This document shows positions 29,928 through 38,853 of a DNA stretch of 64,000 nucleotides, piece by piece. The stretch is from Lachnospiraceae bacterium. GTDB lineage: Bacteria > Bacillota > Clostridia > Lachnospirales > Lachnospiraceae. The first letter of the stretch is position 1. Each line of letters starts with the position of its first letter. The notes beneath the pieces were generated by a model, which saw only the letters and a list, made by a program, of their open reading frames with translations, was not told where the DNA came from and did not search any database. A program made the position numbers and the translations under genes. Where the stretch lies: assembly GCA_045579665.1 (NCBI GenBank), contig JAZNMO010000128.1:961-64960 (forward strand). Direction: 5' to 3'.

Positions 29928-30134
29928 TTACACAAATACACCCTGACAATTAAGCATCAGCACCTTCTTTGTTGATGCCACGTAGCCTGTTGTTCCTGCT
30001 GGGTATTTTGCACACTCCTTCTGGAATGTTGCAATATCATCTTCTGTATCTAATACAAAGTCTGTACGGCATAATTTGTTACCCTTTGAATCAAATACAT
30101 ATACGTCCTTATCTGTCTTATATGGTTTATACAT
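29928..30134 (-). CDS. small phage hypothetical protein
   Basis: 68 aa, overlaps the terS stop. Confidence 0.6.
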   Translation of the reverse strand: MYKPYKTDKDVYVFDSKGNKLCRTDFVLDTEDDIATFQKECAKYPAGTTGYVASTKKVLMLNCQGVFV

Positions 30135-30594
30135 CTTCTTCTCCCTTCTGCTCCTCAGGTTCTTCTTTTACTGGAACCATGAAGATAACTCCTGTATTAT
30201 CATCTGTATTAATGTTTATCTCCCTCTTATCTGTCCAACCATAATTACAGCGTAGATTGAACTCGGCTCCACGCTGTCCATCACGGTCCATCAAACGCTC
30301 TTCGAGATAGCTTTCGATTCTGAGCTTTGCGCGCGATATAATCGCAGAAAACCGTTCATCTTTTGCATAGTCAAATAGACTCTGCGTGGCTGCAAATCCA
30401 AGATGCAATGTTAGACCTGTAACCGTTGGTGGCTTACGATTAATAAAAATCTGTTGACCAGCCTTAGTTAATACGGGTAGTCCGGTTCCCTCATCAATTA
30501 ACATAGTCCCTTCGCATTTAGCAAAGTATTCCTCTATTGCCTTCTCCATCTTCTTTGGACTATCCCACTTCCTCGGTCTGCCTCCAGCTCCCAT
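30127..30594 (-). CDS. terminase small subunit (gp3-like)
   Basis: GGRPRKW.SP..M...IEEYF, PPTVTGL.LHLGF, RAKLRIE, F.LRCNYGWTDK. Confidence 0.85.
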   Translation of the reverse strand: MGAGGRPRKWDSPKKMEKAIEEYFAKCEGTMLIDEGTGLPVLTKAGQQIFINRKPPTVTGLTLHLGFAATQSLFDYAKDERFSAIISRAKLRIESYLEERLMDRDGQRGAEFNLRCNYGWTDKREININTDDNTGVIFMVPVKEEPEEQKGEEDV

Positions 30595-30705
30595 TATCCC
30601 AACTCCTTCCCTTAACTCTGTTTCCAAAAGAAAAAGGTTACACGCATATTACTGCATGTAACCTCTTCCTCAGGTATGGTATTTTTGAAAGTATTATGCA
30701 ACCTT

Positions 30706-30760
30706 ATTGTTGCATATCTGTTTTCTTTTTTACTCCCCTCTTTGGCCAAAATCTATGTTA
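30706..30760 (-). promoter_or_regulatory. conserved phage promoter box, copy 3 (start of late region)
   Basis: 31-bp box identical to copy 2, N18, AACAAT; upstream of terS. Confidence 0.75.
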
Positions 30761-30784
30761 GTACTGCTGCCGTGGCAGAACATT

Positions 30785-30967
30785 CTACATTCTTCCAAAC
30801 AACTGCTGCCCTCTCGGAAGCATTATCTGCTTTTTATATCTTGTCTTCTTACACTTGGTACAAATAAATCTCCAATGCTGCTCTTTAAATATATATGTTC
30901 CCATCCAACTGTGCTTACAAAATAATTGTTCAAATCTTCTCTTCACCCCTGTTACCTCCTTAATCAC
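30785..30967 (-). CDS. small Zn-ribbon protein
   Basis: LFCKHSW..CTKCKK; true start may be the GTG after the AGGAGG at ~30955. Confidence 0.55.
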   Translation of the reverse strand: MIKEVTGVKRRFEQLFCKHSWMGTYIFKEQHWRFICTKCKKTRYKKQIMLPRGQQLFGRM

Positions 30968-31022
30968 TTACTATCAGTCCAACTACACAAAAAATGATTA
31001 CAATTACTATAAACCATTCCAT
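30960..31022 (-). CDS. 20-aa hydrophobic peptide
   Basis: GAGGAG SD; MEWFIVIVIIFCVVGLIVSD (not in ORF track). Confidence 0.4.
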   Translation of the reverse strand: MEWFIVIVIIFCVVGLIVSD

Positions 31023-31451
31023 CTTTATACTCCTCTGTATTTCAATTTAGCTAAATATCTAAATTTTCAGCAATCTTACGCAAAATATCAATATAGAGCA
31101 TTCCACCAGACATTGCAGAAAGTTCCTCTACTTGCATTGATATATCTTTTATTTCTCTTTCAATTTCTTCTTCACTAATAACACCCATTCTTTTTACCTC
31201 TCTTTGCTAAATTCTTATTCAACAAACAAAAGGGCATATATCACTATATCTAGGCTTACGTTTACCACACAAACGTACCATCGGTTTACTGTGATATTTG
31301 CGTTCATTATTGCTTGATACTCTAACAAAATTAGTTCGATAAGTCTTTATATGTTTCATACTATTCACCTCAATTCTTATTCTTTTGTTTTATTTGTTTC
31401 TTCTACCTTTTTTTTAACGTGATATAATATAATAAAGGAGCTGATGCTATT

Positions 31452-31841
31452 ATGGGTAAGCGATTGACGTTAGGCGAAATGAAGATAAAAGTATATGATT
31501 TGGTCAAGGATGAATACTATCTGATGGGGGAGTATGTGAATGCTTCGACCAAAGCATTATTCAAGCATAATGTTTGTGGTACGTTCTTCCGCATGGAGCC
31601 TCACGTTTTTATGCGAGGACACGGCTGTCCATATTGCTACAAAAGGACCGTTCCAAAGCGCCAAGACTTGTTTGAAGCAGACATATACGCATTGTATGGC
31701 ACAGAATATACTGTGGTTGGAACTTACCAAGGATGTCACAAAAAAGTATTAATGCAACATTCTTGTGGATACAGCCGTGAATACAGAGCAAGCTATGCCC
31801 TTACCGGGAAGCTTGTCTGTCGCCACTGTAATAACCCTTAG
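31452..31841 (+). CDS. double Zn-ribbon protein, opposite strand to the lytic operon
   Basis: two repeats with H..CG and CPYC/CRHC; AAAGGAG SD; TATAAT upstream. Confidence 0.75.
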   Translation: MGKRLTLGEMKIKVYDLVKDEYYLMGEYVNASTKALFKHNVCGTFFRMEPHVFMRGHGCPYCYKRTVPKRQDLFEADIYALYGTEYTVVGTYQGCHKKVLMQHSCGYSREYRASYALTGKLVCRHCNNP

Positions 31842-31859
31842 TTCATATTGACCTTATCT

Positions 31860-32036
31860 TCATTTGTCATTCCCTTTGCTTCGTACTCCGCTATGCTCTA
31901 TCACAAGCTTACAGCTACTCAAATCTATCCTACATCCATTAAGACGCTGGATGGTCTCATCCCACTCCTGCATCCAGTTCCTCAGTTCTGCCTGTGTCAT
32001 ATTGTGACCTCTTGCACATTCCTTCAATCCCTGCAT
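31860..32036 (-). CDS. 58-aa phage hypothetical protein
   Basis: GGAGG upstream; MQGLKECARGHNMTQAELRNWMQEW.. (not in ORF track). Confidence 0.45.
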   Translation of the reverse strand: MQGLKECARGHNMTQAELRNWMQEWDETIQRLNGCRIDLSSCKLVIEHSGVRSKGNDK

Positions 32037-32241
32037 TCTCTTGTCCTCCCTGCTGCCATAGCGGCACCCTTTCTCTTACAAGCATTAGCTTTCCATTATT
32101 CCACTTAAGCTTCGGCAAGCCTTTCTTATACCTTGTAACTCTATAACCCTTCTTGATAATCTCAAAACGACTCCCTTCATCCGTCGGTATTCTTGCAATG
32201 ACTTCTCCCTTATCATCTTCAACAACTATTATCATTTCCAA
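31957..32241 (-). CDS. phage hypothetical protein
   Basis: 94-aa ORF coupled to the upstream gene. Confidence 0.55.
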   Translation of the reverse strand: MEMIIVVEDDKGEVIARIPTDEGSRFEIIKKGYRVTRYKKGLPKLKWNNGKLMLVRERVPLWQQGGQENAGIEGMCKRSQYDTGRTEELDAGVG

Positions 32242-32456
32242 CGCTCCTCATCTGCCATATTATGTAGGGCAACGGGACATTTGTTTGGCCAACAAAAGCA
32301 ATAGTTCCTTTGATATTCCATCTTCTTATCAGCATCTTCAAATTTTGTTACTGCTTCTGTATCTGCTGCCATGCCCTCGCATGTAATACTGTACTTATTA
32401 TCCCTTACATAAAATGGACATTCTGTCATCTGTCTGCCGTATCCCTTATATGCCAT
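32232..32456 (-). CDS. Cys-rich Zn-binding protein
   Basis: CPFY..ITCEG..YCFC...KCP; GAGG SD before MAYKG. Confidence 0.65.
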   Translation of the reverse strand: MAYKGYGRQMTECPFYVRDNKYSITCEGMAADTEAVTKFEDADKKMEYQRNYCFCWPNKCPVALHNMADEERWK

Positions 32457-32573
32457 AACTCTTCCTCTTTCTCCTCCAGCCCTTTCCATGGGGCTGGAGG
32501 CTTTTCATCCATGACTTGCTTTTATGTGATATATATTCAAGCCCTATATGAATCAGCAAGTTTCTTTCGGAGT

Positions 32574-33764
32574 CTATACTCCCGGTGTTGCAACCATATC
32601 TCCCAATGCCTTAATGGCTATTCGAAAGAACATACACTTACGTTCTGCTACCTCTGTATGCAGTGTCTCAAATATGGCAATCTCTTCCTCAAAGAACTTG
32701 ATTGCCTCCCGGTATGTAGGCTCTCCCTGCTCTACTACCTCGACTGCTGCCGGCTCAATAATCTCCGGTTCTATCATCTCAGGAATTTCCTTCGGTTCTT
32801 CCTGCTGTACTGCTGCCACAGGCTCCTCTTTTGTCTCCTCAGTTACTGTCGGCTCCGGTGCAAGCTCCTCAATGTCCTCTGTAGTCATCTGTCCCTTAAT
32901 CGGTGTATTGTCAAGCTCAGGTGCGGAATTTGTGACTACCTCAGGAACTTTTTTCTCCTTCTGCTTAGGCTCACATGCAATAATCTTCTCATACTCGCCA
33001 TCCTGCATAATTGCATTCGTGATATCTACAATATCCTCGTAGGTATACTCTTCAATCTTTGGTGCCGCTCCCTCATAGAATCTCAGTTTTACACCACTAC
33101 GATAGTCATACATCATCATGCAGTACACGCCCACAAACTCTAATGTACTTCCATTGGGTGACATCTGCTCTGCAAGGTCCTTAGCATCTATCAAACCAAT
33201 ATAGACAAGCTTTAATAATTCTATATTGCGTTTCCAGTAATCCATGAGTACAGTCTGTATCGGAGTAAGTTGCGACGTCGCAATCTCTTCCAGCTCCTCA
33301 ACCTCGTCATCTTCCTCTGCTGCCATCTGTACCAAAGGAAGGTTATTTGCCTCTTCTTCTGCAAGTCTCTTGTCCTCTGCCTTTTCAAATGACTTTATTT
33401 CCCTAATCTGCTTAACTGTCGTATCCTCGGTAATCAGTCCCAAGTCCTTTTCCTTGACTGTAAGCATCTCCTGCAATTTACTGTAGGAGAAGTTCACGTA
33501 CTCCTCTTTGATTAACAGACTGTTACCGTCCATGGAGAACTTGGTATTAATATCCATGAATCGGCTTGCCGTAGATGCCGAGAGATTATATTCGCCCTTG
33601 GCAAACTCCTCCATGTTCTTGTAACCGTCCTGTCTGAATAGTTCATTATCCCTAACCTGCTTTAGATAAAATCCGATGACTACAAAGTTGTTAACTGTCT
33701 CATTCAGCTTGGTTTTAATCTTGTCTTTAATTCCCTGGTACTCAATCAATGATATCTGCTCCAT
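32574..33764 (-). CDS. phage early protein with HTH-like N-terminus and acidic C-terminus
   Basis: FVVIGFYLKQ..GYKNMEEFAK.EYNLS.STASRFM motif. Confidence 0.7.
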   Translation of the reverse strand: MEQISLIEYQGIKDKIKTKLNETVNNFVVIGFYLKQVRDNELFRQDGYKNMEEFAKGEYNLSASTASRFMDINTKFSMDGNSLLIKEEYVNFSYSKLQEMLTVKEKDLGLITEDTTVKQIREIKSFEKAEDKRLAEEEANNLPLVQMAAEEDDEVEELEEIATSQLTPIQTVLMDYWKRNIELLKLVYIGLIDAKDLAEQMSPNGSTLEFVGVYCMMMYDYRSGVKLRFYEGAAPKIEEYTYEDIVDITNAIMQDGEYEKIIACEPKQKEKKVPEVVTNSAPELDNTPIKGQMTTEDIEELAPEPTVTEETKEEPVAAVQQEEPKEIPEMIEPEIIEPAAVEVVEQGEPTYREAIKFFEEEIAIFETLHTEVAERKCMFFRIAIKALGDMVATPGV

Positions 33765-33772
33765 AATACCTC

Positions 33773-35878
33773 CTATACCGCCACTGCAACTCTGACCTGC
33801 TTGGCTTTCTTCTTCAGTTCCTTGTCTACCTTCTTCTGTGCTGCTGCCACTGCCTTCTTCAGGAACTCCGTCTCATCCGCAGGTGCTTTCCTGTTGTAGG
33901 CTATAAAATTCTGCTTGATGACAAATTCTTCTCCCTTCTTGCCAATCTCTACTGTACAGAATGACTTCTCTGGCTCTTCCTTCCTGCGAACAAAGAATAT
34001 AATTGTCCTTCCTGCTGCCGCAGGTTCAAAATACGTTGCTACACAGTTATGCTGTTCGTGTCCCTCATCAGATATCTCTTTGTATGACTCCGGTACAAGA
34101 ATAAAAAACTGCTCATCCGCATAATCAAACATTTCTCTGATAGCCTTGGCATTCTCTCTGAGGCGGGCTTCTTCTTTCGCACGTTTGGCCGCCGCCTCCT
34201 CATCCTTGCGTATATGGATTAGTGTTGCTGCTTCATCATGCGCTCTTTGTAGGTCCTGAGGAAAACATACGCTTCGGTCTCCCAGATTCATTCCAAGCTT
34301 CTGTGCCATATCAAGATAATCTGCGTAAATGCCTCGTGACCCTGCCAAATTTATTCCAACCCTGCCAAACGGTTCACTGCTCATGTATTTAATAAACCTA
34401 TGCGGTGTCTGCCAGCAGATATATCTTAACAGTGAAGATGCTCCCATATGTTTCTCCAACCATTTCAGTTCATCATCTGTCACACGTACTTCGTATCTCT
34501 CCAGTATCTGTAATATCCTTACACCGGTATCTGATAAATCCAGTCTTACCGCCTGCATGAATATGCGTTTTGGCAGCCTTAAACATTCCCATGGTTTACC
34601 TGCTTTGTCTATCTGCGTAAGCCCCCCTCTCTTGAATAATCTATCTATGGCAAATCTGTGCAATCCCATCTTCCAGATAGCTTCGTAAAAATTTCTGTTA
34701 TCCCTTAGCGTGGTTAACGTCTCCTCTACGTCGATTCGCTCACCTTTGACTGCTCTGAATATCTCTGCTGCCGGCACATACTTAATCACTGTATCTTTCA
34801 ATACATGCTTTAAATTCCCTGTAAACAGTACGCCGGATGCATACGCTTGGCATAGCTGATTATTATAATATCCTCCATGATTCACAGTCCCGTATCGACA
34901 CCATCTGCAAGTATGCGTATTCTTGTATACCCCCCACTCGTAAGCATTGAGACCGCTTGCAAGATGCTCATTGGTAAAGCCTCTGTAATCCTCATGCCAT
35001 TCAACCGTCCCCTTATAGTCGCTATCTCTGTTCAACTTACGAAGTACAAAGAACTGTCTGACTACCAGTGACTTTCCATCACTGCACCTCTGAATAATAC
35101 TTGCCTTGGTTCTCGTGTGTAGATACTTCTGCATCCCCCAGCTCTTGTATGTAATATCATGCTTACAGGAAGGGCACTTTCCTGTCTCGTTATGCTTTGG
35201 CTTAATCGTAAGTGCCACAGTCTCCCTGCAGTGTGTGCAATACGCTGTCTGCTCCTTGGTGTAGATTAAATACTCATGCTTCATCAGCGGCACATCTTCA
35301 ATCCACTTATCCCAGCTTTTCGGAAGCTCCGGCACAATCGCCATCTGGTCATCTATTGCCTGCAATTCTCTGTTGTTCTTTCTGTCCCTCTTCTCCTTGG
35401 CTATTGCCTCCTGCCACTCACGGATAGCAAATTCTGCCGTGTAAAGCTCATGCACGCTAAGCTTAGACTGAATAAGCTTTAAATCCTGTTTGGTTATCTG
35501 CACTTCCGGTCTCTTGGCATAACTATGTGCGTTACCATATGTCGTCAGATACTCATATCTTGCCTTGCTCCACTTCTTATCCCCCACGTTGTAGGTGATA
35601 TAATCCATCTCCTCGTAGTCAAGGAAAATACGATAAGTCGGTGCTGTCTCGCCTCTCTGTAGATTCGGTCTGTAATATGCATCAATCTCCAGTACATGCT
35701 TCTCCGGTATATCCCTTGCCTTTAGATACGTCTTGGTCTTCCACTCAGTGTATCTGTATGTCGAACTGCTCCATGAATACTTTTCAACAATCTCCTTACC
35801 CACATCAGCCCTTGCCTTTGCAAGCATTTGCGATGTCGCAAGAAGCGGCTCTATGTCTAATAATCCTGCTTTTCTCAT
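33773..35878 (-). CDS. PcfJ-domain protein
   Basis: CTHC..CPSC Zn ribbon; C-terminal YADYL.MA, FPQDL..AHD, EGHEQHNCVATY, IFFVRR..P...FCTVE. Confidence 0.85.
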   Translation of the reverse strand: MRKAGLLDIEPLLATSQMLAKARADVGKEIVEKYSWSSSTYRYTEWKTKTYLKARDIPEKHVLEIDAYYRPNLQRGETAPTYRIFLDYEEMDYITYNVGDKKWSKARYEYLTTYGNAHSYAKRPEVQITKQDLKLIQSKLSVHELYTAEFAIREWQEAIAKEKRDRKNNRELQAIDDQMAIVPELPKSWDKWIEDVPLMKHEYLIYTKEQTAYCTHCRETVALTIKPKHNETGKCPSCKHDITYKSWGMQKYLHTRTKASIIQRCSDGKSLVVRQFFVLRKLNRDSDYKGTVEWHEDYRGFTNEHLASGLNAYEWGVYKNTHTCRWCRYGTVNHGGYYNNQLCQAYASGVLFTGNLKHVLKDTVIKYVPAAEIFRAVKGERIDVEETLTTLRDNRNFYEAIWKMGLHRFAIDRLFKRGGLTQIDKAGKPWECLRLPKRIFMQAVRLDLSDTGVRILQILERYEVRVTDDELKWLEKHMGASSLLRYICWQTPHRFIKYMSSEPFGRVGINLAGSRGIYADYLDMAQKLGMNLGDRSVCFPQDLQRAHDEAATLIHIRKDEEAAAKRAKEEARLRENAKAIREMFDYADEQFFILVPESYKEISDEGHEQHNCVATYFEPAAAGRTIIFFVRRKEEPEKSFCTVEIGKKGEEFVIKQNFIAYNRKAPADETEFLKKAVAAAQKKVDKELKKKAKQVRVAVAV

Positions 35879-35886
35879 ACCATCAC

Positions 35887-36369
35887 CTACTTACCAAGAT
35901 AATACTCACGGATAATCTGCTTTGCCTGCTTCATACCCGGAATCCCGAACTTAACATTTGCCGTAATACCTGCTGCCTTTGCCACATCCTTTGGTATCTC
36001 ATACAGATTCTTGAATGACCACTTCATCAGTGCAGCCAAACAATCTTTCATGCTCTTATTCTTGCTTCTTACTGCCTTGGCAAGTTCCTCATCCTCCATG
36101 CATGATACCTTGATATACTCTATCCAGTCAGCTATCAGCTCCTTGGCTTTAAGCTCCTGTGCCTCAATCGTTAATTTTCCAACTGCCGCTGTTGCGACGT
36201 CGCAAAGAAAAGGCATAGCCCCTGCAAGATACATATCTGCAAACCCCTTATCAATACCATTCTCCTTGGCTAACTTATAAAGGCTGCTCTTATCGCCCTC
36301 GTTCTTTAATCCCTCCGCAGTCATGTTAATTTCTTCTGCGGAATCCATATTACCAAATACTTCAAACAT
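35887..36369 (-). CDS. hypothetical protein, PcfK-like position upstream of PcfJ
   Basis: ELAKAV..KNKSMKDC..IREYYLG C-terminus; synteny. Confidence 0.6.
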   Translation of the reverse strand: MFEVFGNMDSAEEINMTAEGLKNEGDKSSLYKLAKENGIDKGFADMYLAGAMPFLCDVATAAVGKLTIEAQELKAKELIADWIEYIKVSCMEDEELAKAVRSKNKSMKDCLAALMKWSFKNLYEIPKDVAKAAGITANVKFGIPGMKQAKQIIREYYLGK

Positions 36370-36389
36370 ACCATAATCCTCCTACATAC

Positions 36390-37370
36390 CTAATTTGCTA
36401 ATACTGCTGCCTCCAGCTCGTCCATGTCATAATCCCTCTTCATCTGCGGGATAAAACTATTGGTTGGTGGAGACTTGCCTTCCTGCTTCTTGCGCTCCTT
36501 CCTGCCACCGTCTATTCCCCACTTCATGAGAGAGAGCTTATAATCCTGCTGTTTATTACCCTTCATTTGCACGTAATTATCCGTGTATGTAATACCATCC
36601 TGTATCTCATCATCTGTGTACTTCTCACGCAGTTCCTTGAAGTCATCAGCAGACAGTAATACATGCTTATACGTTCCGTATGCCTTCTTAGGCTCAGCTC
36701 TACCATGATGTGTATCTGGTGGTGGTGGTGCCTGAGCCGTAGGCGAAGGCTGTCCCTCTTGAATGATTCCAGTATTGGAATTATATCTACCACCACCTAA
36801 ATCATTAGAGTAAATATTATTATTAGATTGACTATAATCTACTCTACTCTTATCTATACTTATCTTATCTGGGTTTACCATTGGTTTACCATTGGTTGCC
36901 ATTTGGTTGTCACTTGGTTTACCATTGGTTGCCATTTGGTTGTCACTTGGTTGACCATTGGTTGCCATTTGGTTGTCAACATCAATCTTACGAACCTTTT
37001 TTAGGTATACTGAATAAGGCACTCCCTCTTCCAAAGAGTACTTATCATCATCCTGTACACATATTTGATTTCGTTCATTGAAATGTACTGACCTTGTGTA
37101 TCTATCCTTTCTCACTGTGTTATGTATTAGCCAGTGAGAAATAGCTACTACCCCGCTATCGAATTGAATAATGAATCCTGCATCTGCCAAAGCTGATATG
37201 TCCTCAGCCTTGGCACCAACAGAACGTGCAAGCTTGCGGATACCGCTTAACAGTCCGTCATCGTCTGCGGTGATAATGCATTGTATGTATAGAGACTGCG
37301 CCAATGGCGGCAAGTCCAGATAGTCATCTCCTCCACAGATATCAATAGATATCATTCTCTTCTTTGCCAT
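36390..37370 (-). CDS. replication initiator (replisome organiser type)
   Basis: MAKKRMIS..DYLDLP..AQSLY..ADDDG N-terminus; internal tandem repeats; C-terminal RDYDMDELE. Confidence 0.85.
   Translation of the reverse strand: MAKKRMISIDICGGDDYLDLPPLAQSLYIQCIITADDDGLLSGIRKLARSVGAKAEDISALADAGFIIQFDSGVVAISHWLIHNTVRKDRYTRSVHFNERNQICVQDDDKYSLEEGVPYSVYLKKVRKIDVDNQMATNGQPSDNQMATNGKPSDNQMATNGKPMVNPDKISIDKSRVDYSQSNNNIYSNDLGGGRYNSNTGIIQEGQPSPTAQAPPPPDTHHGRAEPKKAYGTYKHVLLSADDFKELREKYTDDEIQDGITYTDNYVQMKGNKQQDYKLSLMKWGIDGGRKERKKQEGKSPPTNSFIPQMKRDYDMDELEAAVLAN
36841..36978. repeat. 33-bp x3 iterons plus AT-rich 5-mer tract (putative phage origin)
   Basis: encodes DNQMATNG(Q/K)P three times, next to ACTCT/TATCT repeats. 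Confidence 0.75.
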
Positions 37371-37380
37371 ATACTTCCCC

Positions 37381-37584
37381 TCACTTCAATACCTCCTTCT
37401 TCCTTGCCACACCCTTGCGTGAAACAGTTACCTTATCCAACGCGTAGCCTCCATCAAGTGCCTTTACCACGCCCTTACGCACAAGCGGGTGACAGTAGCA
37501 GAACACTTTAATCTCTGTCCCGTCATCAAGTCGCTTACCGGTACAAAAGCCCGTGTCATGGCAGTGCTCGCATTTGTAATCCAT
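37381..37584 (-). CDS. small Cys-rich protein
   Basis: MDYKCEHCHDTGFC..FCYCH; GAGGAG SD. Confidence 0.6.
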   Translation of the reverse strand: MDYKCEHCHDTGFCTGKRLDDGTEIKVFCYCHPLVRKGVVKALDGGYALDKVTVSRKGVARKKEVLK

Positions 37585-38218
37585 GCTCCTCATCCTCCTC
37601 CACATACCGAATACCAAACACATGATAAGACCGCTCGAATGCATCTCTACCCTTCTGATGGGCTATCGTATGATGCATCCTGCAAAGGCATATCTTCCTA
37701 TTCTCGGTATCATCGTACATCCTTCTGTCGTGTCCCATACCTATCGCATCCCAGTGGTGCGTTTCTCCCTTTGCTCCACACACGGCACACTTGCGATGTC
37801 GCAAGCATTGTTTTAGATAGGTTCCTATATCGTCGGTGCGGTCCAGCATAGAGCCGGATATCGGTACACCGTTGTATAAGCAAAAATCAATCAGCGTATT
37901 AATAAACTCTCTCGCCTGGTCCATTGAGCAGTCAGAAAGCGAAAAATAATCACATCCTGTCATTTGGATGTGGTAAAACTTCATATGCTCTTTGGTCTCT
38001 TCGGGTGTATACCCTGTATATGCGCTGATATCCCGGAAGGTGGCATATATCTTCCGCCGTTGAAGTGGTGACAGCTCTCTCCCATCAGGTAGCTGCATCC
38101 ACACTTCAGTTGTCTTCTTTTCTTTAACAACTGCTGCCACATCAGTCTCTGTGTGTATTAACAGGTCTACTCCATTCTCTGTTTCTCGGAGACCTGTTAT
38201 CTTTCCATATTTGTACAT
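37556..38218 (-). CDS. putative HNH-like nuclease (NinB-like N-terminus + HNH)
   Basis: LSPLQRRKIYA; CAVCG..HHWDAIGMG..CLCRMHHTIAH. Confidence 0.75.
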   Translation of the reverse strand: MYKYGKITGLRETENGVDLLIHTETDVAAVVKEKKTTEVWMQLPDGRELSPLQRRKIYATFRDISAYTGYTPEETKEHMKFYHIQMTGCDYFSLSDCSMDQAREFINTLIDFCLYNGVPISGSMLDRTDDIGTYLKQCLRHRKCAVCGAKGETHHWDAIGMGHDRRMYDDTENRKICLCRMHHTIAHQKGRDAFERSYHVFGIRYVEEDEEHGLQMRALP

Positions 38219-38240
38219 ATCATCACCTAAATCCTCTGCA

Positions 38241-38454
38241 TGATGCATAGCGCACGGGAGGATAGCTATGCATCACCAATGTTTATTAAAAGTAAAGAGG
38301 TATGCCTACATGGTGTCTACACACCATGCAGAAGATTTAAGCCAGTAGCCGTAGCAGCGAAGCACCGCCCGTGTGAACGGATAACTTTACTTAGGGGATA
38401 GCCGTGTGAGCGCATGCTTATTTGTGAGCGATGCTCCTGTGCTACGGCTACTGG
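38241..38454 (-). ncRNA. putative structured intergenic RNA in the early operon
   Basis: stems 38241-51/38265-75 (11 bp), CATGGTGT/ACACCATG, and 38342-56/38440-54 (15 bp perfect). Confidence 0.5.
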
Positions 38455-38461
38455 TATGTAA

Positions 38462-38614
38462 TTACATCACGGCTTCCTTCTTAGGAACGCTCTGCTCCGG
38501 CTTGGAAACCATCAGTGATATATTAATTGGTTTAACCTTGGCTTCCTTCACTTCCTCTACAGAATGAATACCAATCTTCGCCAAGGCTTTCATAAGATGC
38601 TCTTTTCTGTCCAT
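38462..38614 (-). CDS. 50-aa phage hypothetical protein
   Basis: AAGGAG upstream; MDRKEHLMKALAKIGI.. (not in ORF track). Confidence 0.55.
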   Translation of the reverse strand: MDRKEHLMKALAKIGIHSVEEVKEAKVKPINISLMVSKPEQSVPKKEAVM

Positions 38615-38618
38615 AATT

Positions 38619-38801
38619 CTACTGCTCCTTTGGAACTTCCTTGTTCATGACGCATCTGTCATACATTGCTCTGATATCATCGCCAAGCTGTGGTTCATGA
38701 TAATTCAATATTCGCGCAAGTCTCTTCAGCTGTGCATCGCTGAAACTTGCATCATGTAACGCACGTGCCAGACGCTCTGTACCGCTCTTTAATTCGTACA
38801 T
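38619..38801 (-). CDS. 60-aa phage hypothetical protein
   Basis: AGGAGGT SD before MYELKSG. Confidence 0.65.
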   Translation of the reverse strand: MYELKSGTERLARALHDASFSDAQLKRLARILNYHEPQLGDDIRAMYDRCVMNKEVPKEQ

Positions 38802-38853
38802 ACTGCACCTCCTATACTGGGGTTGGATTTTCTTTTCGTATATCCCTGCTGCC

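Noticed and set aside
32310-33143. 277-aa and 164-aa + strand ORFs
   Set aside because: Antisense shadows of the Glu-rich 396-aa gene; no RBS or protein-like composition. The same applies to most short + strand ORFs in the track.
36872-36978. Tandem repeats as a CRISPR array
   Set aside because: No unique spacers, in-frame within the initiator gene, no cas genes; better explained as iterons.
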